DNA of 64,000 nt from Candidatus Bathyarchaeia archaeon (GCA_049512075.1 JBEKXL010000010.1:1-64000); one strand, 5' to 3'; shown: positions 48,507 through 59,245, counted from the stretch's first letter. The notes: generated by a model from the letters alone, not told the origin. Translations and numbers: made by a program.

Positions 48507-48593
48507 TAGGCATCATTTTGCACGCGTTAGGTGGCTCAATACTAACGTCATTCTATTCTCGCGCGTTCCGTTCGAAGTATTCGTTGCGCCTCC

Positions 48594-49106
48594 CTATGAA
48601 GCGGGGACTCTTAGACGTTCCTGCCTCTTTTCCTCGGTTGGCCCAATGTTGACGGCGCCTTTTTGTGGTCCAATCGTTTCCTTCCGTTCAGCTATGTCAA
48701 AGTTTCCCCTGTCTCGCTTGAGGATTCTTGCTTTTTCTGGAAGTCTGCCTTTTTCGTAGTCTCGCCAGCCGATTTCCTTGAATATCCATCTTTTGCCCAG
48801 ATGTGCCGCGAGCACGGCGTGTTTGTGTAGATTGTCGGTGGGAACGAGTTCATTCAGGAATCTGAAGAGTTTTTCGATTTGTTGTTTCGGAAAGTAGGCG
48901 TAGTACTTTGCGTTTTTGACTTCGAAGGCATACATGTCTGAGTTCTTTCTTGCCATTATGTCTGGCAGAGGGTTGAGGCTTGGATTGCTGACTGGAACAC
49001 GTACAGCGTTGTATCCGTTTTTTTGCAAAAGTTTTACGAGAGCGTTTTCGGTGTAGAAGCCCCTCTTTCGCCATCTGCGAATGGCATCTTTGTCAACCTG
49101 CTTCAC
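48594..49106 (-). CDS. Holliday junction resolvase-like nuclease (Hjc family)
   Basis: GFYTENAL...GYNAVR..S...PDIMA...FEVK. Confidence 0.75.
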   Translation of the reverse strand: MKQVDKDAIRRWRKRGFYTENALVKLLQKNGYNAVRVPVSNPSLNPLPDIMARKNSDMYAFEVKNAKYYAYFPKQQIEKLFRFLNELVPTDNLHKHAVLAAHLGKRWIFKEIGWRDYEKGRLPEKARILKRDRGNFDIAERKETIGPQKGAVNIGPTEEKRQERLRVPAS

Positions 49107-49164
49107 TGATAGCTTTTCTCCCAGTCTAGAGGATTTGCAGCTTTGGTTTGTGTTTGCTGCCTCC

Positions 49165-51417
49165 TCAGTTCTGAGGGTTCCTATGGTTCTTGTGCTTATA
49201 AGTCTGAACTGGAACTCTGAGCATTGGTTTGTCGACCAAGCATTCTCTCAAGTAGTCGTCGAGGGTTGCTGCTGGAACAACTTCTATCGTGTAGTCGTTA
49301 ACGTCGATGGAGTTTTCGAAGTTTTTCTGTGGAATGACCACCTTCTTGAATCCCCAAGCTTCTGCGGCCTTTATTTTCTCGTTAACGCCTCCTACAGCTG
49401 TTACGTGAATGGAGTCTCCGACGCCCAGGTTGATTTCCCCTGTGACTGCCACGTCTTGTCTGACAGGTTTTCCTTCGATGAGCGAGCACAGAAGTATGGT
49501 CATTGATACGCCTGCCGATGGTCCGTCCACACCGTAAGACTGGGCGAAGTCAATGTGGGTCAGGTAGTCTTGGGCTATGTCCGCGCCGTATTTTTGCAGT
49601 ATTACGCTTCTGACCTTGGCGATGCTGTCTGAAATGAAGCTTTGGCCTTTTGCTACTCCGGTGACTTTGTAGTAGCCCTTGAAAGAGTAGTTTCTTGGAA
49701 GCTCGCTTCTCTTGACCATCTGGGCCTTCACGTTTAGGACGCTGCCTGTCATTTCGCCGCTGTAAGGATCTTTAACGACTGCCAACCCGTGAATTTGGCC
49801 GAGTTTGACCCCTTTCGGCTTTATTTCTAGGAGCTTTCCCCTTTCGTTCATGTCGTGTTCTAGCATTTGCCTCTGTATGGTCTTGCAGTGTTGTCCAACG
49901 GCTTCTAGCACGTGTCTTCTTTCGACGCTTTTGCTGTCTTCGTTGGTTGCAAGCGTTGAAGCGGTTTTTATTATGGAGATTAGAGTTCTGAAACGGGTTG
50001 TCAACGCGTCTTTTTTGTCACTTTTGCGTCGGCCTTCTTCGACTATTTCGAGGCATGCTTCTCGGCTGAATGGAATGAGGTTGAATCGTTTTACCTCTTG
50101 CGCTATGAACTGCACGTATCTGCGTCGGTTTTCCACGGTGTTAGGCATATCATTGTTCATTCTGACGACTTTGCCGTAGCCGTAGATCCTGTCCATCAAT
50201 GCTGGGTGAAGCTGGCCTATGCTGTCGAAGTTGCCCGCGCCGACGAGGAATGTTATTGTGGGAACAGGTTCTGTTGAGACGGCCATGGCTGCTGTGTCGC
50301 TACCGCCAAATCTACCTCGCAACGTTATAGGGAGTTTTCCGTCTTCGAGCACCGTTAAGAGTGTCACTGCTTCTTCAGGGTCAAGGTTTTTTATCTCGTC
50401 GATGTATAAGATGCCGAGGGACGCGATATGCACGTCTCCAGCGCTGACTCTTTGGTGTTCAGGTGTTCCCAAGCCCCCTGTTTGGTATGGATCCCATGCG
50501 ATTGAGCCGAAGAGTTGCGCGCTTTTGTGACCAGTTGCATCTATGAACGGAGCGTGGCCAGAGGTGTTGTCAACGATGAGTTTCGGGACATCTGTCTGCT
50601 GAGCCCCACCGATGCCCTTCATGTTTCCCATGCCTCCCATCTTCGAGAACCACCAAAGGAAGACTCCGAAGAAAATTAGGCTCCCACCGGGTATGAATGT
50701 TAAGGGTACGAGACCCACGAACCTTTGTACGAGGAAATCTGAGAAACCGCTGTAGGTGCTGCGGAGGGCGTCGCTGGCCCCTTGCCACATCTGCCAAGCC
50801 TGAAACATGAAGTAGAATCCCAAGCCTATCAAGAATAGGCCCAGCACTATCATGAATATTTGTAGAGCCTTGAACCCCACTTTTGTAAGGAATTTTCTCT
50901 TGAGATCTCTAAGCTGTTCTTTCTGGATGATTTTCTTTGCTTCTCCTGCCTTGTGGATGGATATTTTAGGTTGGCTCGGCAGCAACTGGTTTTTCCAACA
51001 GACAGCGTCAAACAGCTTTATGCCGTTCTCTTTGTAGACTTGGGTAAGTTTTTCTGCCAGTGCTTTGCCAATGAGCGATTTGCCGGTTCCAGGGTCTCCC
51101 AGCAGGAGAAGATAAGGCCCTGGGCTGATTACGGTTTTGACAGCATGGTTAGATTTGTCCGCCGTGCTCCAACTTTCGTACCACTTGTTTTCCTCTAGCC
51201 ATTTGAGCTTATGCACCCATTCGTCCAAGCATAAGAAGCATTCTTTGAGCGCTTGTTCCTGTCCTATAGCCCAATTTATCAGATTGTCATCTACTGGGAA
51301 ACCTTCGGTGTTCTTGAAGTTTCCCCAGTCCCATTGTACATTGACCTTTCTCCCGTCCACGTTCCTTTCGAGCGTTTCAACCTCGTTCCCGAAACCGTCG
51401 ATAGACAAACATGCCAC
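49165..51417 (-). CDS. lonB: membrane-bound ATP-dependent Lon protease (LonB)
   Basis: GDPGTGKS, TM insertion, YIDEI, DGPSAG, AVTGEI, GGVNEKI.AA. Confidence 0.9.
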   Translation of the reverse strand: MACLSIDGFGNEVETLERNVDGRKVNVQWDWGNFKNTEGFPVDDNLINWAIGQEQALKECFLCLDEWVHKLKWLEENKWYESWSTADKSNHAVKTVISPGPYLLLLGDPGTGKSLIGKALAEKLTQVYKENGIKLFDAVCWKNQLLPSQPKISIHKAGEAKKIIQKEQLRDLKRKFLTKVGFKALQIFMIVLGLFLIGLGFYFMFQAWQMWQGASDALRSTYSGFSDFLVQRFVGLVPLTFIPGGSLIFFGVFLWWFSKMGGMGNMKGIGGAQQTDVPKLIVDNTSGHAPFIDATGHKSAQLFGSIAWDPYQTGGLGTPEHQRVSAGDVHIASLGILYIDEIKNLDPEEAVTLLTVLEDGKLPITLRGRFGGSDTAAMAVSTEPVPTITFLVGAGNFDSIGQLHPALMDRIYGYGKVVRMNNDMPNTVENRRRYVQFIAQEVKRFNLIPFSREACLEIVEEGRRKSDKKDALTTRFRTLISIIKTASTLATNEDSKSVERRHVLEAVGQHCKTIQRQMLEHDMNERGKLLEIKPKGVKLGQIHGLAVVKDPYSGEMTGSVLNVKAQMVKRSELPRNYSFKGYYKVTGVAKGQSFISDSIAKVRSVILQKYGADIAQDYLTHIDFAQSYGVDGPSAGVSMTILLCSLIEGKPVRQDVAVTGEINLGVGDSIHVTAVGGVNEKIKAAEAWGFKKVVIPQKNFENSIDVNDYTIEVVPAATLDDYLRECLVDKPMLRVPVQTYKHKNHRNPQN

Positions 51418-53043
51418 CTACTGTGACCTTTCTCTATCAGAACACGTCGTGATGGAGAATTAAAGCGGTTATTTCGAAATCTGCAATATGAAGAAACTGA
51501 TAACATACCGCTAGCCAAATGCTGAAGTGCAGCGTATGACCAGTGTTTTGAACGAGTTTCCGATTTGACTGTTTTTCTGTTTGGCCAGCTTTTCCTGCCC
51601 TTTTCTCTGCAACTGCTGCGTTTCGAAGCTGTTACTGTTCGAAGGTTGACCTTTCGAAAAAGGCTCAGTTTTTCCTCATCTGGGACAAAATCGCAAAGCC
51701 TGAATCAGGCCCAAATTTCAAAAAGGAACCCTTTTCAACCCGTTCTGTCAAGCTTAGCGCGCGCTTAAACGAATCATGCTTAAAAGCTAGTTTCGACTGT
51801 AAGCTTGGTTCTGAATGGATAAATTGTCGATACTATCTCCACTTTGATCCTAGGAAAGTGAAATACAAACCTAGTAGGTAGTGAGAATCTTAATCGTGGT
51901 ACTCTAGCAGAAATAAGTAGACATTCTAAGAAGAAGGATGAAGATGGTTTACGCAAATATTTTGAAAACCACGAATATGTATAGTTTATAACTAGATCAT
52001 TAGATATTAGAGAGAAGGTTCTAGGCCCTTTCCAACTGTCTGATCAGGCATTGATTTTTGATAAAAGAATGCTCATTTCTCAAAGTTTTCAGCACTAACA
52101 GTTTAACTAGAATGTGCAGTTTTAGATCCTCTTAAAGCATGTATAAAACCAGTATCCTCAGAGTATTTTTCTGGTAGTCAAAAATGAATAGACTAGAATT
52201 ACTCTTCTTTAACAGAATAGAACTATTAGCTTAGAGAACTAGACAGTGTTTAGAGACTGGATACGTGGATGGCTAGGGCCTCATACAAATACTGTCGATA
52301 ATCTCCATGCGAAGCAAAGTGTTAACTGCCAATGTTAATTGTACTATGAACCATTATGTGCAGAATTCCACTGTTCCCAGGATCCAGTGAAAACTTGGCT
52401 GTTTAAACAGCCCATGCACTAGTATTACTAAAGGAACGTAGACTCTAGAACTTATAGAGAGAGAGTCGGAGTGACGTTAGTAGTGCAGCGTTACCGTTAC
52501 CGTTACTTTGGTACATTCATCATATTTACTTCAATGCTTCTATGGACTTTATACATGCTTTTTCGGTGACTATTCGTATCCATGGTAAACTTACTCTTTT
52601 TAACATAGTCAAAAGCGAAGTATTTACGTTTTTATGGAGACTAAGCCTTGAATGTCACCCATGCCATAAGAACCCAAGTTTACAGTCTAAAGCTACAATA
52701 GGACTCTATTCGAGTTTCTAGGCTTAATGTTGACCGTGGCCTTATAGAAAAACCGGCGAAAATCTCCATGCGAAAGCTCCGCCCTATACTTCGGGGTTAC
52801 TTCGAGCCTCTGACAGGCTTTCCTCCTAGGGAATTATCAGTAGTATCGATCCTGGTTATGCAGCTAACGCGTGTCCAGTGCCAAGGCGTTACTGGTTGGT
52901 CAGGGTTGAACAAATGAAGGTTGAGGCATGGTTTTTGTGTTCCTAGGCTACGGAGAAGGAGGCAAACTAGATTCTGGGTGTTCCAGGGATGTTGAGTTTC
53001 TCCTTGTTGAGAGTGTCTATGCACGGCAGCAGGCGCAGGGATA

Positions 53044-53328
53044 CTCGTTGATGCTTCTGTATACGATTCGGGAAGCTGGTTTTGAGGTCTCACCAAGATT
53101 TTGCGTTTGGTGCCATGGGGCTGAACATGCTTTTTTCTTGACGGTTTTCCATGAGTGCAGCAAGTTGCACTGTCTGCTATAGGCTATATGGCCAATGTTT
53201 TCGCTCGTCTCAGATGCAGATTTTACTGTTTGGTGACTGTGGTTGTATAGGTATTACTTGTAGTTTCAACATTTCACCAGCTTCTCCTCTAGAGAAGGAG
53301 CGAAGGGCTGTATACAAAAGCATCAACG
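53044..53328. repeat. inverted pair of the dispersed core (copies D and E)
   Basis: CTCGTTGATGCTTCTGTATACG at 53044-53065; CTGTATACAAAAGCATCAACG at 53308-53328. Confidence 0.88.
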
Positions 53329-53405
53329 AAAGTTCCCAGTTCTGAATTCTTCGACAGCCAGCGGAGCTGAAAAGTATTAAAGTGGTTTTGACCTAAGTCT
53401 GGCTT

Positions 53406-53954
53406 ATGAAAACTGCACAAGTTTTAAAAGAGTTTTCTGTCACGGGCGGACACAAAATTGTTCTGAGAACTCCCAGGTGGGAGGACCTGGATGATCTGCT
53501 GGAGCTTATCAACTCGGTCGTCGACGAAGGGGCCGAGATAAGCAGGGATGAGAAGGTTTCGAGAGAGGAGGAGATAGATTGGCTTTCGGGACTACTAGCT
53601 CGCTTAGAGAGAGGCAAGACCTTTTTCCTAGTTGCCGAGGTCAAAGGCAGAATCATCGCGTCTTCCGATATCAACCGGCAGATTGGATTTCAGAAGCATG
53701 TCGGCGTGGCTGGTATAGTCATTAAGAAGGGTTTCAGAGAGTTAGGCATCGGAACTGCGATGATGCGCGTCTTGATTGAGCAGGCAAAAAAGATGGGTAT
53801 GGAGATTTTGACTCTTACCGCCTTCGCAAATAACAAGCGAGCGATACACGTTTATGAGAAGGTTGGGTTCGTGCAGACTGGTCTGATTCCGAAGAAGCAT
53901 TTGAAGCAAGGCAAATACATAGATGAAGTGATAATGACCAAGCTGTTGGAGTGA
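53406..53954 (+). CDS. GNAT family N-acetyltransferase
   Basis: FRELGIGT, NKRAIHVYEKVGF. Confidence 0.9.
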   Translation: MKTAQVLKEFSVTGGHKIVLRTPRWEDLDDLLELINSVVDEGAEISRDEKVSREEEIDWLSGLLARLERGKTFFLVAEVKGRIIASSDINRQIGFQKHVGVAGIVIKKGFRELGIGTAMMRVLIEQAKKMGMEILTLTAFANNKRAIHVYEKVGFVQTGLIPKKHLKQGKYIDEVIMTKLLE

Positions 53955-53961
53955 AGCTGCC

Positions 53962-54378
53962 ATGGCAGACTTTAAGGTTTTCAACATGAACATCAGCTTT
54001 GCCACAAAGGGAGAGATAGAATTCATAGATTTGACTGACCAGATTCAGGCCGCCGTTGCTAAGTCACGAATCAAGAACGGAATGGTGCACGTGTTTGCGC
54101 CACACGCTACGGGGGTGATTATCCTTACGGAAAACGAGCAGGGCCTGTTGGAAGACATCAGAAAATTCCTCGAAACGACCGTTCCAAGGAACGGAAACTA
54201 TGTTCACCCTTCTAACGCACACTCACACCTGCGATCGATGCTGCTGCCTCCTGACAGAACGCTCCCTGTCATTAACGGTCATGCAGAGTTTGGAACGTGG
54301 CAATCGCTCATGTTCGTAGAAACAGACGTTTACCCGAGGAGACGGACAGTGATCGTTCAAGTCATGGGCGAGCCCTAG
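53962..54378 (+). CDS. yjbQ: YjbQ/UPF0047 family protein
   Basis: PHATG...ENE, NAHSHLRS, FGTWQS. Confidence 0.88.
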   Translation: MADFKVFNMNISFATKGEIEFIDLTDQIQAAVAKSRIKNGMVHVFAPHATGVIILTENEQGLLEDIRKFLETTVPRNGNYVHPSNAHSHLRSMLLPPDRTLPVINGHAEFGTWQSLMFVETDVYPRRRTVIVQVMGEP

Positions 54379-55065
54379 ACTGGCCCACGGAGTAGATGAG
54401 GGACGGAGCCCTAAATTTGGCGGCGCAAACCCTTTTTGGACCTTGGTCCGACGCTTATCCCTGCAGAAAACGCCATGACTCCACTCAAGGTTGCACAGAC
54501 TTTTCCGACTTGCGGTACTCTTGGCGTGCGGGAAAAGGAATGAACAGACGGATTAGCCAAAGCGCCGTTGAACTTGCTTCGTTAAGCCTTGCACATCGCC
54601 CACGTTCGACATTGGGACGCGTGGTGGGTGCGCCCTCTTTTTCTTTCAGGCGTCTCTGGGTTCGCGTCAATTCTGTTCTTCAAACTTCACAGGCCATGGT
54701 TGGATTGACGGTTTTGCGGCATTCCGGCTGGAAGGATTGGCGCGTGGTTTAGCTGTTTCTGCAAATTTCCACGTATTCGATTACATTTCGGGCCTACTGA
54801 AGGACGGTAGCTTCGTGGAATCTTCTGGATAGCAAGAATGCGGCCATTGAACATCCTTCTTCGAAGCGTTTGGCATTGATAAAGAGCGAAAACAGTATTG
54901 CCATTAAGCAAATAATGATGATGTCTTTGTCGGCAGCCCATGTATTTATAAGCTTCGAGAAGTTTCGAATACCCTTTTTTGCTGCATCGCCAGCGATAAT
55001 AGAAAAACGGTTATTAGTTTGCCCTCCGTCTCAACTTCGCTGTTGGGGATAAGTGTGCTTGTCGT

Positions 55066-55902
55066 TTGAGATACAGGACTTGCCAGACATTATCAGGGGT
55101 AATTGCGCTGATAAACTTGAGCAGAGAAACCAGGGTGCAGAAGTCTTTGCTCAAGCACAGGATAGACAGGGTCTATGTAAACGACGTGTGCGTTGAAATG
55201 GAGGACTTCGACAGAACCCTCGGCGAGATGGTTTCAGAAGGACTAATCCTCGAAGAAGGGGAGATGGTGCAACTCACCGACAAAGGTACCAAGCTTGGCA
55301 AGGAGTGGCAGAGCTTGCTGTTGATGAAAGAGCCTATCATTGAGGTTGTGGCAGGGTTGGTTGATGGTTCAATCACGGGGCTTGTTGTAATCCTTTCAGC
55401 TTTCATCGCTGGCTTGACTGTTAAGGCCGCTGCTTTTGCCGCGTTCCTCACGTTATCATCTGTTGCAATAACCAATTTCTAGAGTTTTTTCCTCGGAGGA
55501 ATAACCGAGGGCCTAGCTGACATGATGACGCTCCAAACACTGATGAACTACAGTTTGAGTGACATTCCAGACAAGAGCGAGCGAGAAAAGTCGCTGATGC
55601 TCGTCAAGCACTTGTTTACAGTCCTGCACAAGGACATAAACCGTTCAAACCTTCTTGCAGCCTTGATATGCGGCACAACCTCTTTCACGGCGGGCATAAT
55701 ACCAATAATGGTCTACTTCGTTTTAACGAAACCCCTGAACATTATCCTATCCCTCGCCATAGTTGCCACGGTTACGGGCTTCTTTCTGGTTCGCTACCGC
55801 TACAAAAAGTCCAAGGTACATTGGAAGATAACACTGCTCGAAACGGCCGTAATCGTCCTGATCCCTGTCATCGTCTCACTGCTAATCGGAGGCATCGCCT
55901 GA
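55066..55902 (+). pseudogene. wHTH plus VIT1/CCC1-like membrane protein with one in-frame TAG (55480)
   Basis: GLVDG motif; the two ORFs share a frame separated only by TAG. Confidence 0.65.
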
Positions 55903-56299
55903 GCCTTGAAGTTTCAGCCATGTCTCGATGAAGATGGCCTCCTGGAAAGCACGCCCAAAAGATTAACGCCGCATTTTCGTTCATGCTTCACAGGGGCCAG
56001 AATGGTCAAATTTAAAACTTTAACCAAATTGAGTCGCATTTCGTAATTTAGATTTGCCTGTTTTTTGTAAATTCTGGAGGGTCCACGTTTCTTCGAGTGA
56101 AAAACTGTGAACAGGTTGATATTCCAAGGGTGTTTCAGTCAGCAGTCACGTTGAGGCCATTGTTAATTGCTCGAATAGTTCTGTGGTGGACAGGCTTAAA
56201 CGATGCCTGGACTCGTTAGGCAGGAGTCCAACAAGTTGCCGCTTCGCTGATCTCTTAAATACTTCGGCAAGCTTCGAAGCCTCATGATAGCGCAGACCT

Positions 56300-57367
56300 C
56301 TAGCTGAGGTTCGGCAGAGGTGTTTTCGTTCCTTGGCCTTTTCCCAGCAATAGTCCTATGCCTGCCCATTGAAAAACGAAGTAGGACACGACTAGTTTGA
56401 ACCATAGGGTTACGACCCTCGTTAGCAGAGTTGCGGAGACGCTGATGGCAGCTGGGATGCCGAGTAAGGCGTAAGAGCCGCTTACTATTATTTCCGTGAA
56501 GCCTAGGAAGGACACTCCTACGGCTTGCAGGCTTCCTGTCAGGGCGTACACAATGAGCACCTTGTCCACTGGCGCAGGGTATCCCAGCGAAGCAAAGGTT
56601 AAGAAGGTTATCGAAATGTCAAAACCCCACGCTAGAAGAGAGAGTGAAATCGGTCGGGCTAGGGCCTTAGGATTGGCACTTAGAGTCCGTATTCCTTCAT
56701 GAAACCTTTTCAGCAGTTGTTCTGCTCTCTCTCGGAAATCTTGGGGGTTCCAGCGATCTCTCAGTACAAAGCATCCGGCGCGAACAATCCAGCCAAGTAT
56801 CTTTCCTGTTGCCTTCTCGTTAGCGCTCAAGTATAGGATCATGAAGAGTGAAAAGACTGTTAAGAACAAGACGACAGTAACGAACAGGAGTACATTGCTT
56901 GAAGGAGTGTAGTTCAACGCCAAGAGAGCCAAACCAAAAATCAGGCTGCCGACTGTAACCGCTGTCACGATGATTTTTTGACTAACAACGGAAGCTACAA
57001 TTCTCCCCGGTTCCTGACCTGAAGACTTAGACAGCATGTAGGCCTTTGAAAGGTCTCCGCTCCAGCCTGGATCTGGAACGACGCTGTCAAAGAACATGCC
57101 TGCCCATGCGAACAGCAGGACTTCACGAATCTTGGTCTTTATGTCGAGGTTGCGTAGCAGACTTCGCCAAGCCAGCGTGTAGAACAACACGCTTGCCAAG
57201 AAGGCAACGAAGGCTGAGGTGTACCAGAAAAGGTTTGTATGTTTGATTACGTCCACAACGTTTACGGTGCCTATATAATAGTAGAGATAAAGAACAAGCA
57301 CGGCTAACCCGATGCCGACAAATAGAAGAATCCTTCTGGTAAGCCGGGGCTTCGGCGCTACGCTCAT
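56300..57367 (-). CDS. UPF0104/LPG-synthase TM (flippase-like) protein
   Basis: Multi-TM; W..LL, GMFFDSVVP...SGDLSKAY, TLLTRVVTLW. Confidence 0.85.
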   Translation of the reverse strand: MSVAPKPRLTRRILLFVGIGLAVLVLYLYYYIGTVNVVDVIKHTNLFWYTSAFVAFLASVLFYTLAWRSLLRNLDIKTKIREVLLFAWAGMFFDSVVPDPGWSGDLSKAYMLSKSSGQEPGRIVASVVSQKIIVTAVTVGSLIFGLALLALNYTPSSNVLLFVTVVLFLTVFSLFMILYLSANEKATGKILGWIVRAGCFVLRDRWNPQDFRERAEQLLKRFHEGIRTLSANPKALARPISLSLLAWGFDISITFLTFASLGYPAPVDKVLIVYALTGSLQAVGVSFLGFTEIIVSGSYALLGIPAAISVSATLLTRVVTLWFKLVVSYFVFQWAGIGLLLGKGQGTKTPLPNLS

Positions 57368-57685
57368 GCAGCCGTTTCCTCTGTGTTGGTGAAGGCCTGA
57401 GAACAGTTAAATGCTTATTGCTTTTCACCGTCAAAAACACGAGACTTGCTGTCTAGATGTGCCAAGTGGGCAGGTAAATGTGCAATCTTTCAACGTGCGT
57501 CAGAGGCTTTCTCTGAAGTCTCGTATTCTGTCCTCCAAACCCGATTTGCCCATTATGGGTTTATCAGAACCTTTTCGATATTCGTCCGCGATTTGAGATT
57601 CGACGCCGCTCTCCTTCTTCTCAATTGTTTTCAGGTGCGTGTGTCTTTTATATACTGAAATCATTGTTGTTATGTTTGTGTCCGT

Positions 57686-58141
57686 ATGAGCGAAGACGTC
57701 TTTGAGAAACCGTTAGTAATGAAGGATTTTTTGAAAGAAAGAAGGAAAGCAAAGGCCAAGAAACCGAGGAAACCCAGGCTGTATGAGAAGGTGAAGAGGG
57801 TACCAGAATCTAAGAGACAGAAGCGACATAGTAAGTATTCAGAACTGGTCAATGCGATAGCTAAAGAGAAGGAGGGGACCTACAAAGTGTTGTTGCATTC
57901 CATAAAAGAAGATCTAACACCCTGGGGTGCATACCCTTCAATTGAGAAGGTGTTGATTCAAATAGCCAAGCGTGATGGAGTGGACTTTAGCATGGCCGTC
58001 AGAAGGCAGGTTCAGACCAAGAGGGGGATGAGGACCTACGTTTCCTATCCCGAATACGTCAAGTGGAAAGAAGGTAATTTGAGGCTGAGAATAGTAAACG
58101 GGGAGCTCTTCATAGAGAAGAAGACGGACAGACCGCTCTGA
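57686..58141 (+). CDS. basic hypothetical protein
   Basis: 151-aa ORF; TTTATATA upstream. Confidence 0.65.
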   Translation: MSEDVFEKPLVMKDFLKERRKAKAKKPRKPRLYEKVKRVPESKRQKRHSKYSELVNAIAKEKEGTYKVLLHSIKEDLTPWGAYPSIEKVLIQIAKRDGVDFSMAVRRQVQTKRGMRTYVSYPEYVKWKEGNLRLRIVNGELFIEKKTDRPL

Positions 58142-58977
58142 GCATTTGGGTATTCGGGCACTGTGCTTATCTGAATCCTGTAGAAGTGCGAGAGATTCAT
58201 CCATGCCTCGTTTGAAGAGTCAGTTCCGTGAATGTAGATTGGATAAGTCCTGTTCGGATAATCGATGTCTTCTTTCACGTAGCCATACAAGCTGTAGAAA
58301 TCACTGTTTTCTGCCTCAAAACTATCTTTATTGCAGTAAAGATTCAGTAATGGGCCACCCCAGCTCGCAATCTCCCTGAATTCCAGATGCAGAAAATTGC
58401 TCATTTGGATTGCGTAGTGGTTTTTATCGGTGTCAAGGATTTTGATGTCGCTGAAAGATCAGTAGGATAAATGGTAGTCTTGATCCGCGTCATCGGTGAT
58501 ACCGTAGCCCGTGCGGTTTTGTGTGAACCAGATGCCCAAATCTCTTATCTGGACCCCGTTCCTTTGTCCTTGTATGGGTATTGCATCCATGCTGGGCCTG
58601 GTTACCTTCAGAACCGTACCTTTTAGGTAGACGGGTGGATCATCAGGAAGCCCCGAAGGAGTGTTAGCGGAGGCTCCTTCCAATATGACTCCGTCGCGAT
58701 CAATGGTTATCCAGCCTTCGTAGTCGCCCGGTTTCAGGTGGATTATGCCGCCTCCGCCGGGCATAGCATCTAAGGCCTCTTGGAAGAGTTGAGTGAAATT
58801 TGTGCCGGAAAAATCAATGGACCCTGTTGAACCATTTTGGGCATAATAGTAGGATCCTTCGACCCATACAGTGTAGCAACTGTTGACCACATTTGGACCG
58901 GAATTAGGGGGAATTTGGCCAACGCGCAAAGCTCCAACAACGTAGCCTATAGTGGCTGCTAGCAAGACCCCCAGCAC
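58142..58977 (-). pseudogene. degraded surface beta-helix-like protein
   Basis: YYAQNGSTG...FQEALDA...IHLKPGDY; in-frame TGA at 58459; 3' end apparently truncated. Confidence 0.6.
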
Positions 58978-59127
58978 AATAGAAGCGCGCGCGCTAAAAC
59001 TTCGTACTCGTTTGCCGAAAGGATAACTTGATATTCCTTAGGGAATCAAAATGAATGAGACTTACCAAAAAAAGCACACCAACCAATGAAAAGCGGCCGG
59101 GGTGAGGTACACTCGGCATAGTCGGGT

Positions 59128-59185
59128 GAAGTCTCCCACAAGCAATTCTCTTTTTTTGTGTGCCTCGTTGATGCTTTTGTATACG
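59128..59185 (+). repeat. dispersed bipartite site, copy B (complete), 60 bp upstream of integrase
   Basis: GAAGTCTCCCACAAGCAATTCTCTTTTTTTGTGTGCCTCGTTGATGCTTTTGTATACG. Confidence 0.85.
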
Positions 59186-59245
59186 GGACCATTGATAGTT
59201 GAACCAAATACATGGGAAATGAAACAATAGGGTGGTATTATATCA

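Noticed and set aside
54396-55052. Several short ORFs after yjbQ
   Set aside because: Mutually overlapping with no recognisable features.
59170-59185. Resemblance of the core to lambda attB (GCTTTTTTATAC)
   Set aside because: Short AT-rich similarity, not evidence of homology or vector contamination.
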